Below, piece by piece: positions 55,049 through 64,000 of a stretch of DNA of 64,000 bases (its first letter is position 1; every line of letters starts with the position of its first letter). A program made the translations under genes and the position numbers. This DNA comes from Parachlamydiales bacterium. Its GTDB lineage: Bacteria > Chlamydiota > Chlamydiia > Chlamydiales > JAJFMK01. Where the stretch lies: NCBI GenBank assembly GCA_963765145.1, contig CAVXVG010000029.1, positions 32,001 to 96,000 of the forward strand, read 5' to 3'. The notes under the pieces are model-generated. The model ran no database searches and was not told where the DNA came from. It saw only the letters and a list, made by a program, of their open reading frames with translations.

Positions 55049-56394
55049 GTTGCGAGGGTCTGGAACAATACAATCCCGATTAAAAGGGGTGCGGCATATT
55101 TAACGCAAAAGGTCAAATAGGGCTTGAGCCAAGGATTAGCTTTCATGAAGGCACTTGCCCCTTGCGAGACCTCTTCCATCCACTGCTTCCCTTTCCAGCG
55201 CCAACCAATCAGCAAGGCTGCGGCTAGCCCTCCGATCGGAATTAAAATGTCGCTACCTAAATAAACCAATCCATCCATCACAGAATGACCAAAAAGCCTT
55301 ACGTCAGCCAGAAGGTTATTAGATAATGCACAAGGTATGCCAATCAGAAAAGCGCCCACCCCAACTAAAGTCACGCACTTTCTTCTCGACCAGCCAAATT
55401 TATCCATCAAATAGGCAACAGAGGGTTCCATCGCAGATATTTCAGAAGTTAAAGCAGCTAACATCACCAGCAAAAAGAAAAGAGGTGCAAGGATATATCC
55501 AAACGGTATTTTGCTAAAAACAACGGGCAAGGTATGGAAAAGCAAAGCTGATCCTCCAGCCCCTTCTGCACCAACTGAATATAAAATCGTAAATACCACG
55601 CCTGCTGCAACAAAAGAGATGAACGTATCCATTAACACGATCGGAAAGCAAGAATAAATCAGGTTCTCGCTTTTGGAGGTATAGCTTCCATAGGTTACCA
55701 TCGTCCCTTGCCCTAAGCTCAACGTGAAAAAGGCTTGCCCTAAGGCAGCCAAAATGCCATATGCAGTCAACGCTTTTAGATCTGGCATCCACAAAAATTT
55801 TACAGCTTCAAAAGAACGGGGCAACGACAATCCCCAACCGAATAGGACTAACAAAAGAAAAACTAATAAAGGCATCAATATTTTGTTAGCCCGTTCAATC
55901 CCTTTCCTAACTCCCAAATAAAGAACGGCTATCGACATTCCTAAAAAAAGGGTAAGAGAGCTCAAAGTTAAAAAAGGACTTTGCATCCAAGCTTCAAAAT
56001 ACTCTTTAGATTGGCCAACCGTTGCAAAGTTGGTGAGATTTCCTTTCAATGCTTCAATCAAATACCCAACAATCCAGCCGGCCATTGCACTATAAAAACC
56101 GCTGACAATAAACCCGGTAATGATGGTCATACCGCCAACGGCACCCCAACCCTTTCCCCCTAACATCCTAAACGCTTTGGCAGGACTTTTTCCTGTTGCC
56201 CTTCCAACTGAAATTTCTCCAAGCAACAGAGGAAATCCCAACAATATCAAAAAAAATACATACACAAAGACAAAGGCTGCTCCTCCGTACTCCCCAACCA
56301 AGTGTGGAAAGCGCAAAATATTAGCCAGTCCGACTGCCGAGCCCGATACAGCGAGGATAAATCCAAGCCTTGAGCCCCAAGATTCACGTTTCAT
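55045..56394 (-). CDS. Sodium-dependent transporter (NSS/SNF family)
   Basis: RESWGSRLGFILA..GSAVGLAN..RFP, GQAFFTLSLG. Confidence 0.93.
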   Translation of the reverse strand: MKRESWGSRLGFILAVSGSAVGLANILRFPHLVGEYGGAAFVFVYVFFLILLGFPLLLGEISVGRATGKSPAKAFRMLGGKGWGAVGGMTIITGFIVSGFYSAMAGWIVGYLIEALKGNLTNFATVGQSKEYFEAWMQSPFLTLSSLTLFLGMSIAVLYLGVRKGIERANKILMPLLVFLLLVLFGWGLSLPRSFEAVKFLWMPDLKALTAYGILAALGQAFFTLSLGQGTMVTYGSYTSKSENLIYSCFPIVLMDTFISFVAAGVVFTILYSVGAEGAGGSALLFHTLPVVFSKIPFGYILAPLFFLLVMLAALTSEISAMEPSVAYLMDKFGWSRRKCVTLVGVGAFLIGIPCALSNNLLADVRLFGHSVMDGLVYLGSDILIPIGGLAAALLIGWRWKGKQWMEEVSQGASAFMKANPWLKPYLTFCVKYAAPLLIGIVLFQTLAT

Positions 56395-56426
56395 ACAATG
56401 ATCATAGAGAAGAGAACCACTTCACT

Positions 56427-56972
56427 TCAAAAGGAATCTGTATGAGGAGCAATCGAAATCTCTCTCTCCGGCTTCCATCCGTTACACTGCCTGTACATCG
56501 TTCGAGTAGATCGGCTAGAGTCGGTCGCATCGATTTGATAAATATCCCATACTTTCGGAAAGCAAAGAATGGTGCCAAATGTATGGCAACGAACAGCTAT
56601 ATCTTGCTCCGGCAACCCTTCTTTCATCCAATAGACCTTCCTCACTCCTTTTTCCACAAGCGCCCACATCTGATTTAAAAAAATGTCATCCTCTTCAACC
56701 AGCCGAACATCCCCTTCCCATCTGATCTGCCGATTGGCTGCCACATCAAAATAACACCCAGCCAACAAAGGCTTTTTCAAAAGAGCCTTCCATTTGTTCG
56801 TCCCCTTATTGGTATTGATTCCCAAACAATCAAATTTTTCTAAATATCTAACGTGAACCGTCCTGACTTGAGGCTCTCCCCCCTCCCCCACAGTTGCCAC
56901 CTGCGCAAAAATCGGCGTGGCCTCATCCACACCTTTTCTGCTCCACCATTCTCTTTCCGGCCCCATAAACAC
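56427..56972 (-). CDS. Pyridoxamine 5'-phosphate oxidase-like FMN-binding protein
   Basis: VATV...PQVRTV, RQIRWEG. Confidence 0.75.
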   Translation of the reverse strand: MFMGPEREWWSRKGVDEATPIFAQVATVGEGGEPQVRTVHVRYLEKFDCLGINTNKGTNKWKALLKKPLLAGCYFDVAANRQIRWEGDVRLVEEDDIFLNQMWALVEKGVRKVYWMKEGLPEQDIAVRCHTFGTILCFPKVWDIYQIDATDSSRSTRTMYRQCNGWKPEREISIAPHTDSF

Positions 56973-57063
56973 CTTTTTGAAAAGACCATCATTCCAAAAT
57001 ATCGAAAGAAAAACAATTGTGCGAAATTATCTTAAGGTCCTATCATTCCGAGCATTCCATTAT

Positions 57064-57135
57064 TCCGGAATAGCTCAGCGGTAGAGCAGCGGACTGTTAA
57101 TCCGTTGGTCGTAGGTTCGAATCCTACTTCCGGAG
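57064..57135 (+). tRNA. tRNA-Asn(GTT)
   Basis: Acceptor stem TCCGGAA/TTCCGGA, anticodon loop CTGTTAA, T-loop GTTCGAATC; CCA not encoded. Confidence 0.96.
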
Positions 57136-57446
57136 TCACTGAATCTAAGGCAGTTGCGACGAGAGTCTCAACTGCCCTTTTTGTTTAATGGTGCACTCAT
57201 GGTGCAATCCACTACAAAAACTAGCAACAAAACTCTTGTTTGCAATATCTTCCAAAAATTTATGAGACATCGGGACAAAAGGGACAATTGCCCATCAAAT
57301 CTTCTTTTATCTGCACCATCAGTGCACCAAAAGAAGAGCTGAAAAAAGGCAACCCCCTTTAGACCATTGCCCAAGAGGACTTTTTCCTTCGGCCTCATAG
57401 GATTACTAATCCGTCGTTGTTTAACCAACGCCAAAACGGAGACAAA

Positions 57447-58520
57447 ATGGCCTATATTCAAGAACGCAAAAAACAAGATGGCAAAACACAGTTCCGAGTT
57501 CAAATCAGACTCAAGGGCTACCCTGTTGAAACCGCCACCTTTGATCGAAAAACAGATGCCAAGCAGTGGGCGCAACAAACCGAATCCTCTATGCGAGAAG
57601 GGCGCTACTTTAAAACCTCTGAAGCAAAAAAACACACAGTAGCAAAGCTTGTTGACCGATACATCGAAAATGTCATCCCCACCAAACCAAAAAATGCAAA
57701 AACAACAACAGCTCAACTCCTCTGGTGGAAGGAACAAATTGGTCACTGCCTCCTCTCTGACCTCTCCCCTGCTCTAATTGCTGAACAAAGGGACTTTCTT
57801 CTCAAAGGCACCACCCCTAAAGGCAATACCCGTTCACCCTCTACGGTTGTCCGTTATCTCGCTGCTCTATCTCATGCCCTAACAACTGCTGTGAAGGAGT
57901 GGGGATGGCTAGATGACTCCCCTATGCGAAAAGTGACAAAGCCAAGAGAGCCGCGCGGACGAATCCGTTTCTTAAGCAACTGTGAACGAGAAGCCCTTCT
58001 CCAAGCATGCCAAGAAAGTACCAATGCTTACCTCTATCCAGTTGTCGTCCTTGCTCTCTCAACAGGAATGAGACAAGGAGAAATCATGAATCTCCGCTAT
58101 GAGGATATCGACATTTTCAAATCTCGACTTACCCTACATGAGACAAAAAATGGTGAAAGACGCTCAATCCCCCTTCGGGGACTTGCCCTTCAGCTCCTCC
58201 AAAAGCTAATCGCAAAAGAGAAACAACACATCGGCCTTCTCTTCCCATCAAAAGAGGATAAAAGCAAACCAATGGACCTACGCTTCCCCTGGGAGCAAGC
58301 ACTAAAAAAGGCATCTATCACCAATTTCCGCTTCCATGACTGCCGTCACTCTTGCGCAAGTTATCTCCTAATGAACGGCGCCAGCCTTGCCGAGATTGCA
58401 GAGGTCCTTGGCCACAAAACTCTCTCAATGGTAAAACGATATGCGCATCTCTCAGAAGCACATGCCTCGGGAGTAGTTGAACGTATGAATAAACAAATAT
58501 TTGGAGTTAATTGTGGGTGA
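57447..58520 (+). CDS. int: Tyrosine recombinase/integrase
   Basis: TGMRQGE, TKNG, FHDCRHS, LGHK...RYAH catalytic residues. Confidence 0.95.
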   Translation: MAYIQERKKQDGKTQFRVQIRLKGYPVETATFDRKTDAKQWAQQTESSMREGRYFKTSEAKKHTVAKLVDRYIENVIPTKPKNAKTTTAQLLWWKEQIGHCLLSDLSPALIAEQRDFLLKGTTPKGNTRSPSTVVRYLAALSHALTTAVKEWGWLDDSPMRKVTKPREPRGRIRFLSNCEREALLQACQESTNAYLYPVVVLALSTGMRQGEIMNLRYEDIDIFKSRLTLHETKNGERRSIPLRGLALQLLQKLIAKEKQHIGLLFPSKEDKSKPMDLRFPWEQALKKASITNFRFHDCRHSCASYLLMNGASLAEIAEVLGHKTLSMVKRYAHLSEAHASGVVERMNKQIFGVNCG

Positions 58521-59226
58521 ATTGGATGAGGTAATCATTGAATCTAATATAGGTTCATCTAAATATCCTGTGAATGATTGGGGAAAATGGGTCAAAGCCG
58601 ACGGGGGCACTCTTTCGGAAATTATTTTCCTAATTCATGGAATTTTCCCAGGCAACGCGTTAAATGTTCATTCCCCACATAGTTATAGTGATGCTTTTCG
58701 AGCTGAATTTCAGCAACAGATTGATGTTTATGAACTTGCAGAACGAAGTATCTTGTTAGGCAAATTATCAGCAGAAAAAAATGAGCGTGATTATTGGTTA
58801 ACCATCGATATTAAAAGAACAGAGAGTACTTACTGGGTAGGGATCGATGATGTTTTGGAATGGGCCATTACAAAAAAAGTTGGCACCCCCGAAGTGATCA
58901 AACAGTTGATGTCAGCCAGGAAACATTTTGCAAATGAACACTCTGCAAATAGCAGTAACACTAAGAAAAAAAGTCATCTTCAGCAAATCAAAGAAAGGGC
59001 TATTCCTCTAATCAAAAAAAGACGCGCGAATTATCGAGGAGAATCCAATTCTAGTTTGATAAAAGCACTGAAATTGAAGAGCCTTTTTAAAAAGCAGAAT
59101 GGCCAAGAATATGGTGATAAGTTTTGGCTGAATACAGTCAGAGGATGCGATGAAACACCTAAACCAGATCGCTTTAAGAGGAAGAGGGAGAGAAAATCAA
59201 GGATTTCTAAAACTTGGACTAAATAA
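58501..59226 (+). CDS. Hypothetical island protein
   Basis: 241-aa ORF directly after the integrase. Confidence 0.6.
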   Translation: MELIVGELDEVIIESNIGSSKYPVNDWGKWVKADGGTLSEIIFLIHGIFPGNALNVHSPHSYSDAFRAEFQQQIDVYELAERSILLGKLSAEKNERDYWLTIDIKRTESTYWVGIDDVLEWAITKKVGTPEVIKQLMSARKHFANEHSANSSNTKKKSHLQQIKERAIPLIKKRRANYRGESNSSLIKALKLKSLFKKQNGQEYGDKFWLNTVRGCDETPKPDRFKRKRERKSRISKTWTK

Positions 59227-59615
59227 CTATCCTTCTAGCTTAGACCGTACCACTTGTTTTGTATCTGGTAAGTATCCTTTTTGAAATGACTCTAGTGTTT
59301 CTAGCCTCTTTCCCTGTCATTTCTTCATAGTTCCCTAAAATGTACTGTAAGCTCGTTCTTTATTTTATCCCGTGAGAATTTCGGCGTTTTGAGTAACCGG
59401 GAGAAACCTTAACTATCCTTCTAGAAAACAAATTCAATATTTTATAGAGCACCAGCCCTTCATTTAAAACTCTTCTGTTATCTACAGAGCATCTTGCTAT
59501 GCTCCCAGGAAATATCAATATAATTTTTTATATGTCATTTCTTGCATTGAATTTCGGCATTAGTCTGACGATAGTCGCGGACAGCACCGAAAAATTTAAC
59601 AAAAGGAATAAAGAA

Positions 59616-59817
59616 ATGACGTATTTGACGCCAAAACAATTTGTTGAAAAACACAAAATTTTCCCAATGGGAGGTTTTAGGCATTTATTATTTAAAAACC
59701 CGCCGGGGACTCGATCGAGCAATCATAAGATTGGGAACGCGAAAAATCTTAATCTCGGAAGAGGAGTTTTTTTGCTGGTTAGAAGAGAAAAAACAGAAAG
59801 GAGGGGGTGTTCTATGA
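59616..59817 (+). CDS. Excisionase/AlpA-like small DNA-binding protein (1-nt frameshift near 59705)
   Basis: MTYLTPKQF..GGFRHLLF, then in another frame IIRLGTRKILISEEEFFCWLE; the stop overlaps the next ATG. Confidence 0.65.
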
Positions 59818-60167
59818 GGAAACTCTTTCCCATCAAGGAGCCACGACAAAAAAGAGCTCTTAAAGCTCTGCTTACGCATAACGCCGTATCTGTAAAAGAT
59901 ATGGGTATCATTGCAGGGGCACTAAACCCTCGCCAAATTATTTCCGAACTAAGAGGAAAATATGGGCTCAGGGACGCAATCAAAACTAGAAGGGTCAAAG
60001 TCATTGATCGAGATGGCAAGACTTGTCGACCAGGAGAATATTTTGTTTTACAGGAAGATAAAGCCCTTCTTGAAGACTTGCTTAAAGAGGCCACCCCATC
60101 GAGTAAGAGCGATGAGATGGCTAAAGTACCACTAAACACCAACATAATGGATGGAGGTCAGTTATGA
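59814..60167 (+). CDS. Winged-HTH-like protein
   Basis: RALKALL..GALNPRQIISELR..DRDGKTCRPGEY; GGAGG RBS. Confidence 0.6.
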   Translation: MRKLFPIKEPRQKRALKALLTHNAVSVKDMGIIAGALNPRQIISELRGKYGLRDAIKTRRVKVIDRDGKTCRPGEYFVLQEDKALLEDLLKEATPSSKSDEMAKVPLNTNIMDGGQL

Positions 60168-61660
60168 CAACCCCTTTATTTATCGAATGGAATCCTCCCG
60201 AATCGTTCGGAGGGGAAACCCTAAAACCATGGCCTAAAGGAGTTTTTCCAGAACCCTTTGAGGATTTTGTTTGCGAGCTTGCTCGATCAACAGAAACGCC
60301 GGTTGAGCTTGCTGCTCTGATGACTCTATCTGCGGTCGCTACGGCTGCTCAGAAGCGCTATACGGTCCAAATAAAACCCGACTATGAGGAGGTGCTTTGC
60401 TTGTGGACTTGTGCAGCAATGCCACCAGGGTCAAGAAAAAGCGCTGTGTTAAGCGAATGCCTCATACCTATAAAGGTGTTCGAACGAGCGCTAGTCAAAA
60501 ACACAGAACCTCTCCGTAAAGGAATTGAAAGCGATAACAAGCTTTTTAAGGCTCGGCTCTTGGATGTCTCAAGTCGAGCAAAAGCTGCCAAAGGACAAGA
60601 CTTCGATGTTCTAAAAAACGAAGCCTTAGAAATTGAAAAAGCGATAAAAAGCATCCCGCCCAGTCCTCAACTCTGGACTTCTGATGTAACGCCGGAAAAT
60701 TTGGCCACTATTATGGAAGAAAACGATGAATCTATAAGTATCCTAAGCGATGAAGGGGGTATTTTTGATATTCTTGCCGGTAGATACAGCAAAGGAATAC
60801 CAAATCTTGATCTAGCCTTACAAGCACACTCTGGAGGTAGTTGCAGAGTGAATCGCTTGTCACGGCCACCCCTTATATTGGAAAGGCCCCGTCTCACGAT
60901 GGGACTTACACCTCAGCCTTGCGTGCTCGAAGGAATGGGCCGCAACGATGCTTTCCGAGGACGAGGGCTAATGGGACGCTTCTTATATGCTCTACCGGCC
61001 TCTAACCTTGGCAAACGGAGTCTAGATGAACCCCCTATAGAAAAAACGATCGTCACCAAATATCAGGAAGCGATCGCAAATCTTCTCAAAATGTGTTCTG
61101 AGGTAAATTTCTCAACCTCTAAGACTCCATTACAACTAACGGCAGAGGCTTATGAAAAATGGCGATTAAACAGTCTTGTCATCGAGGTTAAAATGGGAAC
61201 CGGAGGCCAACTTGCCCATATAACAGATTGGGCTGGCAAGCTCCCCGGTGCCATTGCACGCATAGCCGCGCTATTACACCTAATGAGGTATCACAAAGAT
61301 GTCCCTGAAAATATCCTTGTGTCAGAGCAGGAAATGGAAGCAGCTATAAAAATTGGCAACTTTCTTCAGTCGCACGCCATTGAGGTCTTCAATTTGATGG
61401 GACGAGACAAACAAGAAACGGCCAGTAAAAAAGTACTTGAGTGGATTCTGAATAAGAAGCCCAAAAGTTTTTCTAGAAGAGAGTGCCAAAGGGCTTTAAA
61501 AGGGTATTTTCCCAAAGTAAGCGAGTTAAAACCAGCCCTTGAACTGCTAGTAGAACACCACTACATTCAAGAACTCCCTCAAGAAAATTATAACAACCGA
61601 CCAAGCCTTATTTACGAGGTGAATCCTTATCTTTATGAGGAGAAAAATAAAGGGACTTAG
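60164..61660 (+). CDS. DUF3987/YfjI family P-loop protein (replication-associated in mobile elements)
   Basis: PPGSRKSA, DVTPENL, SDEGG, RGRGLMGRFL, C-terminal wHTH. Confidence 0.85.
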   Translation: MTTPLFIEWNPPESFGGETLKPWPKGVFPEPFEDFVCELARSTETPVELAALMTLSAVATAAQKRYTVQIKPDYEEVLCLWTCAAMPPGSRKSAVLSECLIPIKVFERALVKNTEPLRKGIESDNKLFKARLLDVSSRAKAAKGQDFDVLKNEALEIEKAIKSIPPSPQLWTSDVTPENLATIMEENDESISILSDEGGIFDILAGRYSKGIPNLDLALQAHSGGSCRVNRLSRPPLILERPRLTMGLTPQPCVLEGMGRNDAFRGRGLMGRFLYALPASNLGKRSLDEPPIEKTIVTKYQEAIANLLKMCSEVNFSTSKTPLQLTAEAYEKWRLNSLVIEVKMGTGGQLAHITDWAGKLPGAIARIAALLHLMRYHKDVPENILVSEQEMEAAIKIGNFLQSHAIEVFNLMGRDKQETASKKVLEWILNKKPKSFSRRECQRALKGYFPKVSELKPALELLVEHHYIQELPQENYNNRPSLIYEVNPYLYEEKNKGT

Positions 61661-61796
61661 CTTTTGACCCTTTTGTCACCATAGTCCCTGCAAGAGGCTC
61701 GCTTTGTCTATGACAAAATCTCCAGTGCAGGGGCTATATTTTTTTTATATAACCACCTCATTTAAGTAAACAGAACATTTGATATAATGACACTAG

Positions 61797-62177
61797 ATGC
61801 ACTTAGCAAATAATGATACCGGTCAGACAAAATCTGACAAAAAAGGACTCTCTAGTCGTCAATTAAAGGCACTCCCCTACCTCATTGGAGCTGATTCCGA
61901 AGGGGAAGCTTGTGAACAAGCGAACATCGCTCGTCAAACCTACTACGAATGGCTCAAAGAGCCTGCTTTTAAGGCCGAATTAGGCCGTCTCCGAGATGCT
62001 GTTGTAGAAGATGCCGTTGAAACTTTAAAGGCCCATACAACAAAGGCTGTTGACACTCTCGTACAACTACTCGATGTACCCAATCCATCTATTCGACGAA
62101 ATGTAGCAAATGACATTTTGCAAAATGTTATCCGCTTAAAAGAGCTGCAAGAGATGAGAAGCGAATTGAGCTTCTAG
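61797..62177 (+). CDS. HTH protein resembling phage terminase small subunits
   Basis: LSSRQLKAL, EACEQANIARQTYYEWLKEPAFKAE, AVDTLVQLL. Confidence 0.6.
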   Translation: MHLANNDTGQTKSDKKGLSSRQLKALPYLIGADSEGEACEQANIARQTYYEWLKEPAFKAELGRLRDAVVEDAVETLKAHTTKAVDTLVQLLDVPNPSIRRNVANDILQNVIRLKELQEMRSELSF

Positions 62178-62214
62178 AAAATAAAATAAAATAACTGAAA
62201 ATTTAGAGAAAAAT

Positions 62215-62466
62215 ATGCGATTTTTAACCAGATTAAAACGCATTGAGGAGAAATTGCTCGATGATGGAAAAACTTGGGCTCTTTTTTTAATCGGATGCTA
62301 CCTCAACCCTATCGAAGCAAACCAAAAACAACAAACTCTTATCACTGACTATATCCTGCAAGGAAACCAGGCACCAGATTACTGTATTTTCATTAATGAG
62401 GTGCCTTCTCCTGGAAGACCTTGCAGGGAAGGCTTCTTAAGCTTATTTCGAACCAATGATTCCTAG
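62215..62466 (+). CDS. Small hypothetical protein
   Basis: 83-aa ORF starting MRFLTRLKRIEEKL. Confidence 0.5.
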   Translation: MRFLTRLKRIEEKLLDDGKTWALFLIGCYLNPIEANQKQQTLITDYILQGNQAPDYCIFINEVPSPGRPCREGFLSLFRTNDS

Positions 62467-62801
62467 TCCTCAACCACCCAATCATGAGCCATGATATCCT
62501 CCATTTTTAAAGAGGGATTTTCTCGTAGACTGTTATTTCTTTGCAGGTCAAACTCGCAAAATTTTTCCTCTTCTTGGCCTCTTGCCGAAACGATCATCCT
62601 GGTAAAGCCATAGTTAGAGCGTTTGCGCCTGATGCTTTTACCTTCCTTCAATTCCTCTAAAGCCTTCTCAAAAGGCAAACCTTCTTTAAAAGTATCCATA
62701 ATCTTTTTCCAAATTTTTAGTTTCCACAACAGCAAGCCCCATACAATGACCGCTGGGGAAGCAGATACAATTATCATCGCAAAACTAGAGTCTATTTCCA
62801 T
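62463..62801 (-). CDS. Membrane-anchored DUF2829/Tad2-like protein, copy 2
   Basis: TM helix plus FEKALEELKEGKSIRRK...EDIMAHDWVV. Confidence 0.65.
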   Translation of the reverse strand: MEIDSSFAMIIVSASPAVIVWGLLLWKLKIWKKIMDTFKEGLPFEKALEELKEGKSIRRKRSNYGFTRMIVSARGQEEEKFCEFDLQRNNSLRENPSLKMEDIMAHDWVVED

Positions 62802-62830
62802 TATAGTGACCTCCTTTTCGTTCCCACTTC

Positions 62831-63181
62831 CTATTCCTCAATCAGCCAATCAGTTGCCAACACATCTTCCATCATCAATATTGGCCTTTCTACGACTCTG
62901 CTTCTGTCTTGTAGATAAAATTGGCAAAATTTTTCTTCTTCAATCCCTCTTATCGATACAACCATTCTGGTAAGGCCGTAATCAGACCTTTTACGTCGAA
63001 TGCTTTTACCCTGCTTCAGAGCCTCTAAGGCACTTTCGAAAGGCAGACCTTCCGTAAAAATATCCACCGTTTTCGTCCAAAATTCAGCCTTTACAGTGTC
63101 AAACCCTACAATGCTTGAAATAACAAAAAGCATCGCGATAGGCATCACGTAAGGCAATACATAGTCAGGTCTTATTTTCAT
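62831..63181 (-). CDS. Membrane-anchored DUF2829/Tad2-like protein, copy 1
   Basis: TM helix plus FESALEALKQGKSIRRK...EDVLATDWLI. Confidence 0.65.
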   Translation of the reverse strand: MKIRPDYVLPYVMPIAMLFVISSIVGFDTVKAEFWTKTVDIFTEGLPFESALEALKQGKSIRRKRSDYGLTRMVVSIRGIEEEKFCQFYLQDRSRVVERPILMMEDVLATDWLIEE

Positions 63182-63190
63182 GTCACAACC

Positions 63191-63490
63191 TCATTCCCAC
63201 ATTAAATCTCTATAATTTGCCGGAATAATCCCGTCCTGTAGCGCATTGGCAATCATTCCCCTATGTCGATGATCTAGTCTCAGCACGTGGCATCTACGAC
63301 ACAAGGTCCTCAAATTTTCATCTCGATTGTTGCCTAGCTTGCCAGAGATAATATGGTCTATATGGCATTCCCTTAAAGCTAAAGGAATTCCACAACATAT
63401 GCAGCCCCCTTTGTCTCGAAGGAAAATCCTCTTTCTAATCTCTTGCCATATCAATCTATGAGGACGCTTCCTAGGCAAAATCAGCTCCAT
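63191..63490 (-). CDS. HNH endonuclease
   Basis: RDKGGCICCG, HIDHII, NLRTLCRRCH. Confidence 0.92.
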   Translation of the reverse strand: MELILPRKRPHRLIWQEIRKRIFLRDKGGCICCGIPLALRECHIDHIISGKLGNNRDENLRTLCRRCHVLRLDHRHRGMIANALQDGIIPANYRDLMWE

Positions 63491-64000
63491 CCATTTTAGT
63501 GACTTCCCATTTCGTCATTTTAAAACGGCCCATCCCTATTGAACGTCCATCTCCAACACCAACCAATGCCCCTGCGTCGTGAAGAACTGCTTCCATCTGT
63601 GACTCTTGTACAATGGTAGCATCCCAAAAAACCTCAAAAGTGGCTTCCCAACCTGGTGAACTTGCAACTCGGTAGCGTACATTTCTCCCTTTTGTTGTGG
63701 GATTTTTCACTCCACGGATGTCTAGGTAAACTGGAGCAGAAGAATTTGTAGTGAAGTTTATAGTTTTTAGATTCTCAGGCTTATCCGGAAGACAACGGTT
63801 TTCGATGACAACCTTATCGGACAAGATTTGAAGGGTCGAAGAAACTTTTGACATAATACTTCCCGTCCCTTTTTTTGTATGACGACTCCCATCACGCAAA
63901 CAGCCAAATAAATATTCACCTGGCAAATACAATTGTAGATTCTCTGTCACAAGCACCGTTTTACGCCACTCTTCAGGGTCATTTCCTGCTGTTCCCGTCT
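63471..64000 (-). CDS. RAMP/Cas7-like protein, 5' end truncated by the window
   Basis: Frame is open to the window end (TGTAGNDPEEWRKT). LYLPGEYLFGCLRD and C-terminal Gly-rich loop GVGDGRSIGMGRF. Confidence 0.6.
   Translation of the reverse strand, partial: TGTAGNDPEEWRKTVLVTENLQLYLPGEYLFGCLRDGSRHTKKGTGSIMSKVSSTLQILSDKVVIENRCLPDKPENLKTINFTTNSSAPVYLDIRGVKNPTTKGRNVRYRVASSPGWEATFEVFWDATIVQESQMEAVLHDAGALVGVGDGRSIGMGRFKMTKWEVTKMDGADFA

Larger units (their letters stand above)
57136..64000. mobile_element. Integrative, phage-satellite-like island at tRNA-Asn (right end outside the window)
   Basis: Tyrosine integrase next to the tRNA, followed by excisionase-like, HTH, DUF3987 and TerS-like genes. 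Confidence 0.8.

Noticed and set aside
59499..60167. 222-aa ORF as a single gene
   Set aside because: Better explained as two genes (59616-59817 and 59814-60167) fused by an indel; there is an internal RBS and an ATGA overlap.
62400..64000. Guide array for the RAMP-like gene
   Set aside because: No tandem repeat or array is visible inside the window; the region upstream of the gene is not available.

Overview
Chromosomal segment of an environmental Chlamydiae-type bacterium. Taxon is inferred from the pepF-groES-groEL order and the ruvB/SpoIID/glgX/Slc1 T3SS-chaperone cluster. It carries housekeeping genes (leuS, rnr, cysS, aas, bio genes, mlaEFD, ligA, glgB/glgX, ruvB), three type II TA modules and several effector-like orphans. 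Many genes have single-base frameshifts (leuS has many), most likely long-read consensus errors. Main highlights: (1) An IS110/IS1111-type element (16882-18493) inserted in a palindromic repeat. Its 3' non-coding end contains a readable two-loop bridge/seek RNA whose four guide segments match the target and the donor junction around an AC core. (2) A set of REP-like palindromes and MITEs nested up to five levels deep, sitting just behind stop codons. An IS903-group IS5 element and its non-autonomous derivatives hit the same 9-mer that the IS110 targets. (3) An active M4 metalloprotease, an NB-ARC/TPR protein and a catalytically dead M4 paralog in one cluster. (4) A satellite-like island at tRNA-Asn that ends in an operon of a solitary RAMP/Cas7-like gene, an HNH nuclease and two membrane-anchored DUF2829/Tad2-like genes, cut off by the window end. 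All product calls come from motif recognition; no database searches were run.
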